Assembly: GCA_036785375.1 (NCBI GenBank)
Contig: JAWMAR010000751.1
Coordinates: 186,001 to 250,000 of the forward strand
Source: Leucoraja ocellata
Taxonomy: Eukaryota
Direction of reading: 5' to 3'
Length of the DNA stretch: 64,000 nt
The position numbers and the translations under genes were made by a program. The notes under the pieces were generated by a model, which saw nothing but the letters and a program-made list of their open reading frames with translations, searched no databases and was not told the origin of the DNA. Positions 24,428-38,463 of this stretch are shown here, piece by piece; the first letter of the stretch is position 1; the number at the start of each line of letters is the position of its first letter.

Positions 24428-26230
24428 TAAGTAAGTTTATTGGCCAAGTATTCACATACAAGGAATTTGCCTTGGTGCTCTGCTCACAAGTACCAACATG
24501 ACACACAGTGACAGTTACGAATAACTCAGTAAACATTAATAATAATAAAACATTAATGAGAAAACACCATTGTTCAAGCATGTGAACCAACTAAATACCA
24601 GATCAAAGGATGGCTGCAGAATTTTGGCTGTTGAGTAGAGCAACTACTCGTGGATAAAAACTTTTTATGTCCGGATTGTCAAAGCTGCCACAGCCAGAGT
24701 CGCCTTCCAGAGGGAAGTGATTCAAAGAGTTTGTGGCCAGGGTGAGAGGGGTCAGAGATAATCATGCCCGCTCGCTTCCTGGCCCTTGCAGTGAACAGTT
24801 CATCAATGGGGGGAAGGTTGCAGCCTATAACCTTCTCTGATGATCGGACGATTCGCTGCAGCCTCCAGGTGTCGTGCTTGGTGGCTGAGCCAAACCAGAC
24901 CATGATGGAGAAGGTGAGAACAGACCCTACGATGGCTGTGTAGAATTGGACCATCATTGCCTGTGGCAGATTGTGCTTCCTCAGCTGCTGTAGGAAGTAT
25001 ATCCTCTGTTGTGCCTTTTTGATGGTAGCTCCCCAGTCGATGGTAGCCCCCCACTTAAGGTCCTTGGAGATGATGGTTCCCAGGAACTTAAAATACTGCA
25101 CAGATGTGACTGGTATTGCTGATGGTGAGTGGGATGAGGAGAGGGGGAGCTCTCCTAAAGTCTACAATCAATTCCACTGTGTTAAAAGCATTGAGCTCCA
25201 GGTTGTTGTGATGGCACTAGGACGCCAGCTGTGACACTTCCTGTCTGTAGGCAGATTCCTCCCCATCCTGGATCGGATCAATCAGGGTTGTGTCGTCCAC
25301 AAACTTGAGAAGCTTGACAGAGGTGTCTCTGGAGGTGCAGTCGAGTAGTGGAGAGGAGAGAGTATGCTTCTATGCTGAGTGTTTGCGGGTCCGAGATGTG
25401 CTTTCCCAGCCTCACATACTGCTTCCTGTCTGTCAGGAAGCTTGTGATCACCGACAGAGGGGTTCAGGCACAGTAAACAGAAAGTTTGGAGTGTAGTAGC
25501 TCTGACACAATGGTGTTGAATGCAGAGTTAAAATCAACAAACAGGATCCTCGCATAGGTCCCCTGGCGGTCTAGGGTGCTGTAGGATGAAGTGCAGGACC
25601 AGGTTGACTGCATCATCCACACATCTATTGGCCAATATGCAAACTGCATAGGTTCCAGCAGGGGAATTGTGATATTTTTCAGCTTGGCCAGCACAAGCCT
25701 TTCGAGTGTCTTCATGACTACAGAGGTCAGCGTGACAGCCTGTAGTCATTAAGACAAGTAAACCTTGCCTTTTTGGGTACAGGGACAATAGTGGAGACTT
25801 TGAAGCAGGCAGGGACAGTACATGTTTGCAGGGACTGGTTGAAAATGTCTGTATAGACCGGTGCCAGCTGTTTGGTGCAGAGCTTAAAGATAGAGGGAGA
25901 AACATTGTCAGGTCCTGGAGATTTCTGGCTTTTTTGTCTTGTGAAAAGCCTCTCCACCACCTCTATTTTTATTGTTGATATTGGATAAGTGATGTTGTGC
26001 AGCACTGTGGGTGTGGGTGATTGGGTGTGAAGTGGTGATTGGAGGGGGGTGGGTGGGTGTAGAAGGGATAGTCTTTGCAGACTGAGGTCAGGCTGTGAGT
26101 GGGTGTGAAGTGTTGGTTCGGTTGGGAAATGGTCGTCTTTTCGTACTGGAGTCATGCCTTAAGTGGGTATGAAGTGTTGAATGGTAAGGAGAGGGTGCAG
26201 GGTCCATTATTTGTAGACTGAGGTCTACAA
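24428..26230 (-). mobile_element. Rex1/Babar-like LINE, 5'-truncated and frameshifted RT pseudogene
   Basis: KSPGPDNVSP, IFNQSL..VPACFK.STIVPVPKK..CLNDYR, QFAY, ARILFVDFNSAFNTI, FKFLG..IS.DLKW, SHPGHKLF..LPSGRR; 3' end aataaacttactt. Confidence 0.9.
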
Positions 26231-27437
26231 ACACTATGCCTTTATAGGATTATTGCAATTTAGGATAGAAGGAACGGGTAAAGAATAGGACAGAATCCTA
26301 CAATGTCACTTTCCCCAGCTTGTGGGGAGCTGTGTCTACCTGTTCACATTATCTGCATTTTACTTACTTGTTTCCACTTGAACAATTTTGCCTCCTCCAT
26401 CTTCAAACGTGCTTTATTTACAAAACGTTATAATTGGTAAAAGCGTACCATATGCCAATTCATTACAGGACTTTGCTATTGTTCTGGACTATTGTAAGCC
26501 TAATATACATTGTCAGATGCAACTTTACCCATTGTAAGTTGGGGTTTTTTTAAACTGCGGTATACTATTGCTTTAAGTTGAATTTTAAAGTCCTACATTT
26601 AATGAATTCGTACTTTCGATAACACTATAAATTATTCCAGACTTCAAAAGGTAATTGTTAAGATTGTTAAATATAATTAACTGCGATGGCCTGGACAGTT
26701 CAGAATTTATTTTAATCATTCTATTTTATAAAGGAAACTGCTTATAAAGGAAATTCCAGAACCTTGGAACATACTATTACTTAGAGCCTGCTTCACCTCC
26801 CAGGATATCTCTTGAGTGGAGAGGTTCAGATCTTCTTGATTTCTACATTTGGAAAAAGTGGAACACAATGCAACGCAACTTTTTACCAAATATTGTAAAT
26901 TATTCCAATTTTGTGCCTTATTATATCTTCTCCCCCCCCCCCAACCCCCATCATTTCCAGTAATGTGTATGTTATGACAAAAAGGAAACAATATTGGACA
27001 TGCATAAGTCTGAAAAATAGAACAAAGCATTAGGACACTATTTATTGACCTTTCATCGAGCCAAACGATTTCCCCCTTTCCAGACAATATCTGGCATACA
27101 GAGTATTTTCAATGATTTCTGTTTCGCATCAATACAAGGGTACAAGCATCATATGAATGGTAGACTCTGTTCCTTGGATTCTTAAGCAAAGCCATTGGAA
27201 TTTGTCTGCCATTGGGATAATGTCCATTACCAACAATGGTCTAGGTCTAGGAGATAAAACAATTGAATCAGAACTATATTGCAACTAAATATAAAATAGT
27301 AAAGCTGGTAGCTTTTTGACGTTTATATGGCATTTTACTATGTAAAATCTCTGACGCAAAATGTTAGTTTTAAATAGGATTGTAAACCTTCCATTTTGTG
27401 TTTTTCAAAAAACTAAAGTGGACAAATATAAACAAAG

Positions 27438-27617
27438 GTTACACAAAAAAGCTGGAGAAACTCAGCGGGTGCAGCAGCATCTATGGAGCGAAGGAAATAG
27501 GCAATGTTTCGGGCCGAAACCCTTCTTCAGACGGGTTTCTAATATGCTAATATTCTAATATTCTATTCTAATTATATTATTTTATATTCTAATATTCTAA
27601 TATAATCTATTATATCT
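27438..27617 (-). mobile_element. Penelope terminal-repeat insertion plus ~80 nt of (ctaatatt)n-like filler, bounded by a 14-nt TSD
   Basis: aaatataaacaaag at 27424-27437 and 27618-27631; 27438-27532 matches the reverse complement of ~9610-9705. Confidence 0.85.
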
Positions 27618-28540
27618 AAATATAAACAAAGATTTGATATGTATGCAAACTAACAATTCACAACATTTGCATTTTGAATAATGCAGAAATTATAAATATG
27701 AATTGAAACATATGACTCATGGTTTTATAAACAGTGCAGTGATGTTAAGATAATATAACCCATTATTTAGACTAGCTTGTTTATTATGTTAAGCTGTGAG
27801 CCACACACTTTGGAAGGTTGTTAATGCACACATAATGAAGAGAAAACTAGAATAGTAGCAGGAAAGTGAGGTTTAATTATGTTGAAACCAGGGAAACTGA
27901 CGTTTTTCTCCTTGGAACCTGACGTGAGGAGAATGGGTGAGGAAGTGTTTCAGCAAGAATCTCTGGATCATGAAATGCACTTTGAGAACAATTTGGGTGA
28001 ATCGTTAGAATTTTATATTCTGTTGACCAAGTTATTTAAAGACATTCCTGGCAATTGAAAATCTTTGTTTGACTTGGATGTCATTTCCCACAACATCTGG
28101 AAACCTGTATGGTTATCCTCGGAAAGTGATCTAAAATCTGTTGCAACTGGCTTGCAGTTGTGACTTGCCAATGATATTACGTTTCTGGAAGTACTCTTTC
28201 TAGAATTACTTGTTTAAATGTTAACAATAAAGTTGGAATGCCATGATTGGACCTTGAGCCACACAATAAGAAGATTGTTGGCAACTTAGGCAAAGGTGGG
28301 AGATTTGGTCTGGTGTGTATAATAATTACAAGAAAATACTGCATGTGGAGTATGATTTCTGTTTAATGATTGTCATTTCTAATGTGCATTTTAGATATTT
28401 CAATATATTGCCTACTATACATGGCAGTGAATTTCATGTTTACTATTTATGATTTAAATCTTCAGTGTGCATGAGCAGAATATTTTACATCTATAGTAAA
28501 ATATTTCATAAAGTTTATTTAAGAGAATAAATGAAACTCT

Positions 28541-28811
28541 TTGTCTACCTTCGATTTTCCAGCATCTGCAGTTCCCTCTTAAACACTTTGTCTACTCCAC
28601 TGCGAAATCTCCTCAAGGTATGCATACTTTGAAGAAGTTCTCCTCCTCCCTCCGAAGAGTTTTACAACCTCCTCACTGACTGCTCCCCCCTCTGTGCCCT
28701 GCCTCCCCCACCCTATGTCAGTCTGAAGGGTTTCGGCCCGAAACGTTGCCTATTTCCTTCGCTCCATAGATGCTGCTACACCCACTGAGTTTCTCCAGCA
28801 CTTTTGTCTAC
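28541..28811 (+). mobile_element. Non-autonomous Penelope-derived monomer, circularly permuted, with 12-nt TSD
   Basis: TSD aaatgaaactct at 28529-28540 and 28812-28823; starts and ends with ttgtctac; hammerhead-like core with a 3-nt deletion at 28723-28747. Confidence 0.85.
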
Positions 28812-31800
28812 AAATGAAACTCTAACACTGGTTTAATATAAATCAATAATCCGAGTCTGCCACTTGATTCCTTAAACTTGTTGTGCTGCCATTTAAGATC
28901 ATGTCCCATCTGATTGTAACATCAGCTTTGCTCTGCATTCCCATTTACTCAAGCTAAACTTTCATTCCCTGGATAAAGAGAGATTCTTAATTAAATCTGG
29001 TGCCAACCAGACAAGATCTGCTTATGCCTAATCTTTCCTATAAAGTAGCCATTCTTCTATCTATGCCAATGTTATCTCTAACATCGTGAGCTTTTATTTT
29101 CCATAACAACATATGATGTGGCATCTTGTCAAATACCTTCAGGCAATCTTGGTATGTCCACTCGGCCGTTTTTCCACAACATAATGCAAAAGATTGGAAT
29201 TGGTCAGCAAATATTTCCCTTTCACAAAATCATGCTGACTTTGCCTGATTGCCTTGCGAAAATGTTTGTAGTATACCTCTTAACACTTTCTCTTTGACAC
29301 ATTTGGTAAACAAGTTTGAATCTGATCCTTGTCTTGTTAACTTTGCCAGAAATTGCATTAATTCATCTTGAACTTTGTCTTACATTTGCAATTGTAAACC
29401 TATTGTGCTATATTTATAGATACTGAGAGAAAACAGGCCCTGCGGATATGCTTGAAATGCCACAGTGCTTCAGCTGAGAAGAGGCGGGGATACTGTTCTG
29501 TCCTAATTGCTATCTACAGTCTTCTGGTTTGATGGTAAGATTGACTTTATCTACAGCTGAATGCAAATACTTGTGTGATTAAACTGGAAAATTTGGGGGG
29601 GAAAATGCATTCAATTCAATGAGAAACTCGTAACCTCTTTAAAATTCTTTATTTAATTTCAAAATCTCAAAAAAGTCTGCACTGTAAAGCCATGCTAGCA
29701 CAAGCAACCAGCAATATTTCACACCATTTTCAGCAACCAAAAAGCATAACACAGCTTTTATTTTGAATCATTTCCATAGTTTTTAAACCATTAACAGTTA
29801 CAACTTTTTTGAAAAAGTTGTACTGTTTGAGTTGTTTTACAGTAGCTCACATTTTCAGAGATGGCGCCATTGAGTTTGCATAGAGCAAGAATTATTGTGA
29901 AAAAGAAATGGCAACTTTTCATCAAATCAGTCATTTTGTACAGATTGTGTTGCATCTGAATAATACACATGTTTCAACCATTTAAACAAAACAAAGACTC
30001 TACTGCTATAAATAATAACATTGGAAAGTATTGCATGAAGATGCTGGAGCTTCTCATGTTTAATGTATAAATCTGTCGTTCATCAAGAATAATTGAATTT
30101 TTATTTCAATCACAAACTCTGAAGCTACTTTCCTTTGCATTTTATATATATATATAAAAAACCCTATATGGTAGTTTATGAATTTACAAAGAATCTAATG
30201 CTGAGGTTTCTATATTTGCAAACCACACTGAATGAACAAACAAATTTCACACATTTTGTAGTGAGTTTTTTTTATATTACATTACTTACAGTGATAATGA
30301 AATTCTACACGTGTGTACATTAATTGTCTAGAACAGTAAAGGCTATAAATAAGGCACATATTCAAAACAAAATGTTAACAAAAAAAGTAAATGGCAGTTG
30401 CAGAAATGTACTGTGTTGGTACATTATATCAAACTTCACAAACAGGAAGAACAAATGTAAGTGTTCAAATTAGTTTTCACCATTGCTCAGATGATGCAAT
30501 GTGTTGGAAGGGTAGAAATGGCCGACATGCGTCCAAGGACCTGTGAACCCACCATGTTGACTAATTTTCTTTGTCTGATATCTGTACTGCTTTCTTCAGA
30601 AATAGACTTCCATTGTAAGTGTGGCATTGAATGTTACAATTGAGATTTAGTCTGGTCTGGTATAAATTAGTGGGACCATTGTAGAACCAAGGGTTGTCTG
30701 GAAAATGGGTGAAAATGCTTTATCTTAAAATATTATGAATTATGATGATTCTCGTATTTGCTATGTAGCTTTCCTCTAAGTAAAAGTCCCATATGATTTG
30801 AGCATCCTGGTTGTGGTCTGATAAAAGAATGAAGCCTATGGAACTAAGTTTAAATTGTCTGCAGTTCTAACCAACATTTCTGAGAATTTTCATAAGCCCC
30901 CACAAAAAACATGTGACAAATTAACAATTTCAAGCATGCAGTCTTATTCTAGCTACTCCGAACAACCCCATGGCACTAACTGTAATCATATAATCAAAAC
31001 TTCAAGATGTAACTGATTTCTGAATTATAATCCACGCCACAATTCAAAGAATGCCATGTCAAAGTTCTACATGGTTGGTACTCAAAAGGAACATAAACCT
31101 TCCTTTGTTATTCACCTTTAGCTTTACTGGCCAAATACCACAATTGCTGCTTCTGGCTCTTGCAAACATCGGAGGTTTAACACAATGCCCAGAGCAAAGG
31201 TTTCAAAACAAACACATCACAGTGATGCAGATTTCAGAGGGTAAGGATTTAGAAGAAACCATTTTTGTAAAGGACACATGATATATCAGAAATAAAATAC
31301 TTGTTTAATTGTGTTGATGTTTATGCTATAACCAATCCCATTCAGGATCTTGAACCAAACAGACTATTAGGCCAATTGGCACACAGTATGCTCAATATGT
31401 ATGTATGTCTGTGGTCTTATTTGCATAGGCTGATAGCTGAGAATTAAAAAAAAGCAAAATTCAATTTTGTTAATTTTGAGTGCACAAAACATCTTATTTT
31501 CTTTATATTAAATCATAGAAACACATCAGCACATCCCATCTGTGATCTGCCTTTCAACCACTGATGAAAATTTAAGAAAACGATTAACATATTATTTTCT
31601 GATCATTTAACAAGTGCATGATCTTGTAATTTTTTAGGTTTTCACTGCTTGCAAGACATATCAAACAGACAAGTCTTTAAATTGGTGGCACTGGCAGAAA
31701 AGGTGAATCAAAATGGCACCCTATTAGGACTAATCTGACATTCACATTTCAGACAAGAGGTTCAAATAATTGTTTCCATAGTCTACATAAAATAAAACAA

Positions 31801-34689
31801 ATCATTCCTCATGTCCAGTAATTCATCTTATTTTACAACTTCAGGCATCTATCATTCTTGTCCTGAGGATTTTTGAAAACTTAAAGCAAATAAAATATCA
31901 AAGAATTCTTATTGTCATGAAAGGCAATGAAATTATGGTGAGTAATCGATTCCCTGCGAGAAGCGATTTAAGGTTAGCAAAATTGTAAATCGCTTAAGAT
32001 TTTACCAGCAGCACATGGAGAAAGTATTATTTCTTTACCAAGGTAGTTTGACTTGATAAAACCAAGCAAATGTAGTATCACAGCAATCATTTTGTGTTCA
32101 TGTCACATATATAAATTAGGTTGACAATATAATATTAATCATTTTTATAAACTGAGTTTTGGGATCCTGAACAAGACCCCTCTGCACTAGAGAATGTTTT
32201 ACTCTATGTCCAAGTACACCGTGGTTGTTTCTGACATCCTAACAATGTGCCTTCAGCACCAACCGTTAATTGGAAATGCATTCATTTCACACTATTACGA
32301 CCAGTATTGCCATTTCATTTAGACTTTGTGCTGTATTTACTAACCCATTGGAAACTTCCCAATTTAACTAAAATAATTTAACTTCATACCACCTGTTGAT
32401 ATTTCTGAGTTTTTTATTCCATCACTTTGAGTTCCATTCTCCTCCTCAATAAACCTGCTGTTATAAATGCCATTGTTCGAATCTACAATCTTATCTATGT
32501 CATGGAATGGTTACTGGCTTCTCTATTGTCACCTGCTCCTGTTCAAAATTGATTATTTAACAAATAAAAAAATCTATAATGTTTACACTATTGCAAAAGA
32601 TACAGAACCCCTACATTTATTTTAAAGCAGGTCACATTTTGTGATTTGGACAATGTACAAAGCATTACTTTGGGTGCTTCTATTCATCATCATTCTTTTA
32701 TCAAATTGCTATAGCGTTGTAACTCCCATGAATTCATAATTATTTAGATAAAAATAAAAACATCACCTGAAGTATCTAATATTAATGCTGTTGTCTGAAT
32801 TCCCTGCTATTTGATTTAGTTAAAGCAATAACCTGTCTATTTGTTAAAATGATCAGTTAGAGGAAATGAAGTAATTCTCTCTCCAGCATTACATTTTGGT
32901 GCACAGTATTCTAAACAATTAATCCAGGACGAGGAAGTCAAATTCTTACACCTTTTGGCACCTCCAAATACAATTCTGGAATACACATCAAATGTTGAAT
33001 TTTTAGTACAATGTACACATTTTATGCTACATCTGTGAGAAAATTATAAAAGTTTGCTCTCAGATATTTTTATCCATAGGTTGAACGTTGGTAATAAAAT
33101 CTGGAGTAACAAAGAGCATGCAAAAATAAAGTGACTATCAGTCTTTCATCCACTCCTACCACTGAGCATATAAAATCTGTTATGTTTACCTCTCCTAATT
33201 AATCTCCAAAGGAAGCATCCAAAATATGCCATAATCGCTACACAAGCAATTATGTCATGAGGTGCCACCAAATGTTATCAAATCCAGAAAGTGAAACCCA
33301 TTGATTGCATACTTTCCATAGTAAGATAGAAAACATCTCCAGTTCTTGGCACCTGTTTTTTTGCACTGACTTATTGGGCTAAATTTGCTTGATTGGAAAT
33401 TTGCTCGGCAAATTAGATAATTAAAGATTTCTTACCTGGATATATCTTTTTCTAAATGTGCAAATGGATTTTTCTAACAGATATTTTTGACTTTAAAACA
33501 TCCAATGTGTAGATATATACACAGTAAAATCATTTGAAATATACCTTACTGAAATGTGGAATTGAAATATTACTGGAACATTTGTGATATTTGACTAAAA
33601 TTGAATGTGTAACCTCAGTCAAATAATGCTCAATATGGAAATATTGTGAGTTAATAAATGCAAACAATTCCCCAAATTTTGTAATAATGTTTTGTCATCT
33701 ACTTGTATTATCAGTGTTAAAATTCTACTTCCCAATTAATTTTGATCCCTTGCTAATAATTTGACACCATGAATACCAAAAGGATTATATGCTTCTCTGT
33801 TTCTTCCAATAGAACCAATCTGCCAAATCAATAATGAACTATGTTTCTTAAATACTTTCTGTGTGTACTGGATAAACATTTACATTTAATTCTTAGGTAA
33901 CCACCTTTTTCCTGCATCCTAGGTTAAAACTTAACCTGGCAGATGCTGTGAGCTTGCCTTGGTAATTTCCCAATGAACTTTCAATGGGTTGAATACCTGC
34001 AATAATGGCCTGTTAGGAATTCCATCATAATCTGCTTGCCAGTTGGCTTCAGATATTACAACTGCTTCAACACTGTTCTACATAATATATATATAGCAGA
34101 CGCAGCAAACATAGCCTACTCTTTATCCAAAAGGGACCTACAAGAGACGCATGCCAGACCCTTTCATAAAATGCCTTTCTCAATTACAGAATGCTCTGCT
34201 TATGCAATGTGTATATGCAACACAAATAAATGACCCAACTTGAAAGCTCCCATCTGAGAATAAGTTTTAGTGCATGATGTATGCTTTTCTCCACAACTGT
34301 TAAATACTTCACATAACATCACTATGGAAAAATACATAGGTAATTAACGTTAGCATCATGTAGTTGCACTGATGTTGAGTCTACTAACAGGCCAAGCAGA
34401 ACAAAGTATGGAGTAAATATCACTCGATTTCCTTTGAGATACTGATGCGGTTCTAAAACTTCAGGTGGAGAGAGGAAAAAAGTGATTTTCAATAACAGTG
34501 CTTTTTGATGAAAGAGGAAGTGCGTTGTTTTGTTACTAATTTTTAAAATGTTGTTTTACCTACTGTTACATAATACCACATTAATCACCATATTCAATAC
34601 GTCAATTTTTGGAGTTTACTCATGTAATAATGAGGGAGCTTTTTAAACAAAAAAGGTTAGTAATTTAGAGGGCATGATGGTAAAATGAT

Positions 34690-34980
34690 TAAATTACTGA
34701 ATTGTTCTCCAAAGGCCTATATCATTGACCTGGAATCTTGAATTCAAAACTCTGCCTGGCACCTCACAATTTCAATAAATCTGGAATTAAAATATTAACA
34801 TTAATGAGACCATTAAACAATGTGGTTGTTGTAAAACACCCTCTGATGCACTAATGTTATTTCATCAAGTGTCTACCATCTATCCGAGTCTAAACCCATT
34901 GAAAACAACTGCAGGTCAATTTGAGCTTAATTAGGGATGAGTAATAAATAGGTCTTGGTAGTGAATCCTCATCCGTGGTA
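34690..34980 (+). mobile_element. Old SINE-like repeat with L2-type tail (related decayed copies at ~55320-55600, ~58700-58900 and ~59200-59470, minus)
   Basis: ..ggttgttgtaaaacaccc.ctg..cactaatg.. and taattagggatgagtaataaat..cttggtagtga..cctcatcc; a reverse-complement version recurs at 55.3-55.6 kb. Confidence 0.45.
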
Positions 34981-35087
34981 TGTAGCTTGCAGATTTGTTA
35001 CCATTTATAAAATCCATGTGTGGCTCATTGCTCGTGATGTTATGGGAAAGCTGCATCTATAAATTGTAAATATAGTCATCTTTGTTT

Positions 35088-35252
35088 GCTTTAGTTTAGA
35101 GCTACGGCATGGAAACAGGCTCTTTGGCCCACCAAGTCATCGCTGACCAACATTCACTCGTACACTAGTTCTACGTTTTGAGGTCGCAGAGAGAACGTAA
35201 AAACCCCATACAGACAGCACCCGCATTCAGGATCAAACTAATGCTGTAAGGC
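35088..35252 (-). mobile_element. HE1-like V-SINE fragment
   Basis: ttagtttagag..catggaaacaggc...agaacgtaaaaaccccatacagacagcacccg. Confidence 0.7.
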
Positions 35253-37691
35253 AAACCTGCTCAACAATTGTTCAGAAAGAAAAAAAGGTTGGTTCAATCA
35301 CAGTTGGGACATGCATGGTTGAATGGCAGGTAAACTGCTGCACAACTTGATGTTTAAAATAAAATTATAAACAATAGCTGAAATCTATCAAAAGTATTCA
35401 ACTTTTTCTTTTTACAGATTTTTACGGACCTGCCATTTACCCACTGCATTTTCAGTTCTCCTTTTATTGACAATATCAAAAGCCAGGCAAAGCAACCCAG
35501 AAATATTGCATGCAAAATAAGGGCTGTAGGATGTTGCAGAGAACAAGGTGTGTGTACAAAAAAGATATTAGATAAAAAATCACTCATTTTAACAGGCTTT
35601 CTAGTTTTGCTGAAACTATTTGTCTAATATTTTTAAATTGCCTTTTTATATGCTTCCCTCCATACTGTTAAAATACCATTTCAAAAACAGAGAACAAAGT
35701 CCTGCAGTTGCAGGATATCTGAAATAAAACATAAAAGGCTGTAAATACTGAACACGTCAGGCAGCATGTGAAGAAATGAACAGATTGCCTTTCATGAAAA
35801 CCAAAATATCATCAACCTGGAACTCTTAACTCTTGTGTCTCTCTCCATAACGTTGTATTATGTTCTAGATATTTCCATCGTCTCCTGTTCTTTTTGCAAA
35901 ATATTTTTCTCTATTGAACACTGCGATGTCAAGTTCCTTCTTTGTAATTTATTGAAACAAGTAGTTGGCCCATGCTGGAGGAAATCATGGGCTACAAATA
36001 AAGTTTGACCTCCACTGTGCAGAGTCAAGAAATGTTGAAATGGCAATTGAATTGTGTTCACTTTTGAAATAAACTAACCTCCACAACAGAGGCAACTGGA
36101 GTACATTAAAATTGCAAAATCAGACAGCTTGGTATTGGGCCAATGGAAAGCGTGGGGGAAAAATAATCATACTGGTAAAATTGACTCGACATTATGCAAC
36201 ATTTCTAACTAAGGCTGCAAAGCAGCTTTAGTTTACAATATCAAAACAAAATCAAAATAAAAGTAAATTACATTGAATGACAAAGTAAATGCTTCTGCAT
36301 TATATATTTTGTAGTAGTTACATAACTTGATTCAATTTACAGACTCTTCACTGTGTTAACAGTTTCTTATTAGGAACACAGAATCTGCTTTCTTTACAAT
36401 TCTTCTATTAATATTCAGAAATAGAAAGTACCATGTTGTTTTCATATGGGTCCTAAATTAAATTTCTACTTGTTGTGGCCACAATTCTTTTGAGATTTTG
36501 ACTTCTGTAGGACTGAAATTTACTATCCTATTTTCATTGGGGTAGAATTTCAAACAATTACTTTGCGATCAATTTTTTGACACTGTTCACTGAAATTTGA
36601 GGTTGGTTGCTTATATAAAGTACTTGTAAATTTATCCTGCAATTTGCACCCTCAGCATGAAGTTTTGTGTTTGGCCTTGAGCTGTTATGTGGTTGGAAGA
36701 AAGGGACTACTTGGACATTGAATGTTTAATCCACATTCAAAACTACATCAATTGCCTATTGAATGAAATACTGGACCATTGCATTAGCATGAATTGAGCA
36801 CAAAATTGTAGATTCCAAAAAAGCAGATGGATGTTAGATGGAAGTCAGAACAAGAGCCCAAGATTTAGGCTCAAATTATCACTTAAAAAACGTGAGCAGA
36901 ACTGACTGAAAGCCTTATAGTTGCTGTGTGCTGGTAGTTGTGACTGTGTGGCCTTTTCATGAAAGCCGATTTCCAATTTATAGAGGCTCCGATAAACTTG
37001 CTAATACAATGCATGCAAGGAAATTGGAAAGCAGGGAGTTTCCTTTAATCAGTTTTCTTATATCTCTGGCTGGTTTGATTTTGTGGGTAATACTGTGCAT
37101 TTCATCCGACATTCATACAGTGAAAGTACCTGGGATGTTTTTCTACAATTGAAACGTTATATAAAGGCAGGTTTGCAGTGGTGTTTCTGACTTGTGCAGA
37201 TAATCAGCCTATTCGGCTATTGCTGTCAATTGACAATGAGAGCAAAACAAAATCAGTGCTTGAGACTGCTAATAGGAAGAAAGGAACTTTATGAAGCCTT
37301 GATAAGGCACAGATTAAAGGGTGGTTTGCACTGCAAAGAAGTCAACCCTGAAAGGTGAACAAGAGGGTGAAAGAATGGAAAGAACAAGCAAAACTAAACG
37401 GCGTCAAACGCAGCAATGGCAGCTAATAAAAATCCACAAACATAACACTGCATTTTAAGACATATTGCACAAACAGACAATATTTTAAAATTTTGAATAA
37501 AGTCCATTGCACACAGTAAGCATGTACTTCGTTCTGATATAAAATCTAGCATATTCTCTTCAACAAAAAAGCCGACAAAAAAAAGTATTAACAATTTCTT
37601 TACACGACACACCTGACTGGGTGGCAGTCAGTCTTCAAGGTTAATGTGCACTGGTCACCCTGACTGTCCAGCAGCTGAGCTAGCTTTACAT

Positions 37692-37788
37692 TTATGTTGG
37701 CAGGTCGGAAATGACAAGCTTGTCTATCTTGCTGTTGAGTTCTGGGGCAGTGGATAGTTCATCTGATTCATAGTCTTCTTCAAATGAG
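37692..37788 (-). CDS. PPP2R3A: PP2A regulatory subunit B'' alpha, last coding exon (SFEEDYESDELSTAPELNSKIDKLVISDLPT*)
   Basis: Acceptor ttttccccacag|C completes the GG+C codon from the previous exon; FEEDYE.DE resembles the mammalian tail; TAA at 37692-37694. Confidence 0.85.
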
Positions 37789-38024
37789 CTGTGGGGAAAA
37801 AACAAATGATTGTACGATAATGCAACCACAGGATACGTTTTTGTGTACTATGGTTGTAAAAGTAGATAATAACCGATTTCTAATCCGAGCTGCCAACTGG
37901 CGGAAACTTGTGGTTAGGCACTTACAATTACAACCACAGAGTGATAGCAAGGATGAGGGGGAGTTAATTTCCTCAACTATTTTAACCTGCTCTTTTCAGC
38001 GAAGGATTATTTCACCAGACATAA

Positions 38025-38206
38025 GCTGGAGTAAAGGAATAGGTGACCTTTCGTGTTGAGACCCTTCTGGACCTATTCCTTTTATCCAGAGATGCTGCCA
38101 AAGGACCTATTCCTTTTCTCCAGAGATGCTGCCTGACCTGCTGAGCTACTGCAGCTTTTTGTGTCTATCTTCAGTTTAAACCAGCATCCGCAGTTTCTTC
38201 CTACAC
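38025..38206. mobile_element. Fold-back Penelope-terminal-repeat element with internal duplication
   Basis: A minus arm (ggaataggtgacctttcg..gacccttc), then ggacctattcctt...ccagagatgctgcc twice, then a full plus-strand tail. Confidence 0.75.
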
Positions 38207-38463
38207 GTAAGATAGTTCTTTACTAATGCATCAAGTTTTGATCCATGCTGATCACATTTTGATTCCATCCATTTTAAGCTGCTAACCTTATTGTTAAAAC
38301 TAAAACATTGTAAAATGAATTTTAAAAAGGTTACCAGAAAGTGTTGTTTTGCATTTATTCCTTGCAATCAAGAAAAGCAACCTAAGATTCATAAGGAAAC
38401 AATTAAGAAGATTTTCTCTGCTCTGCTGTGACGCATTGAAAAATTGATTAACATTATTTGAAG

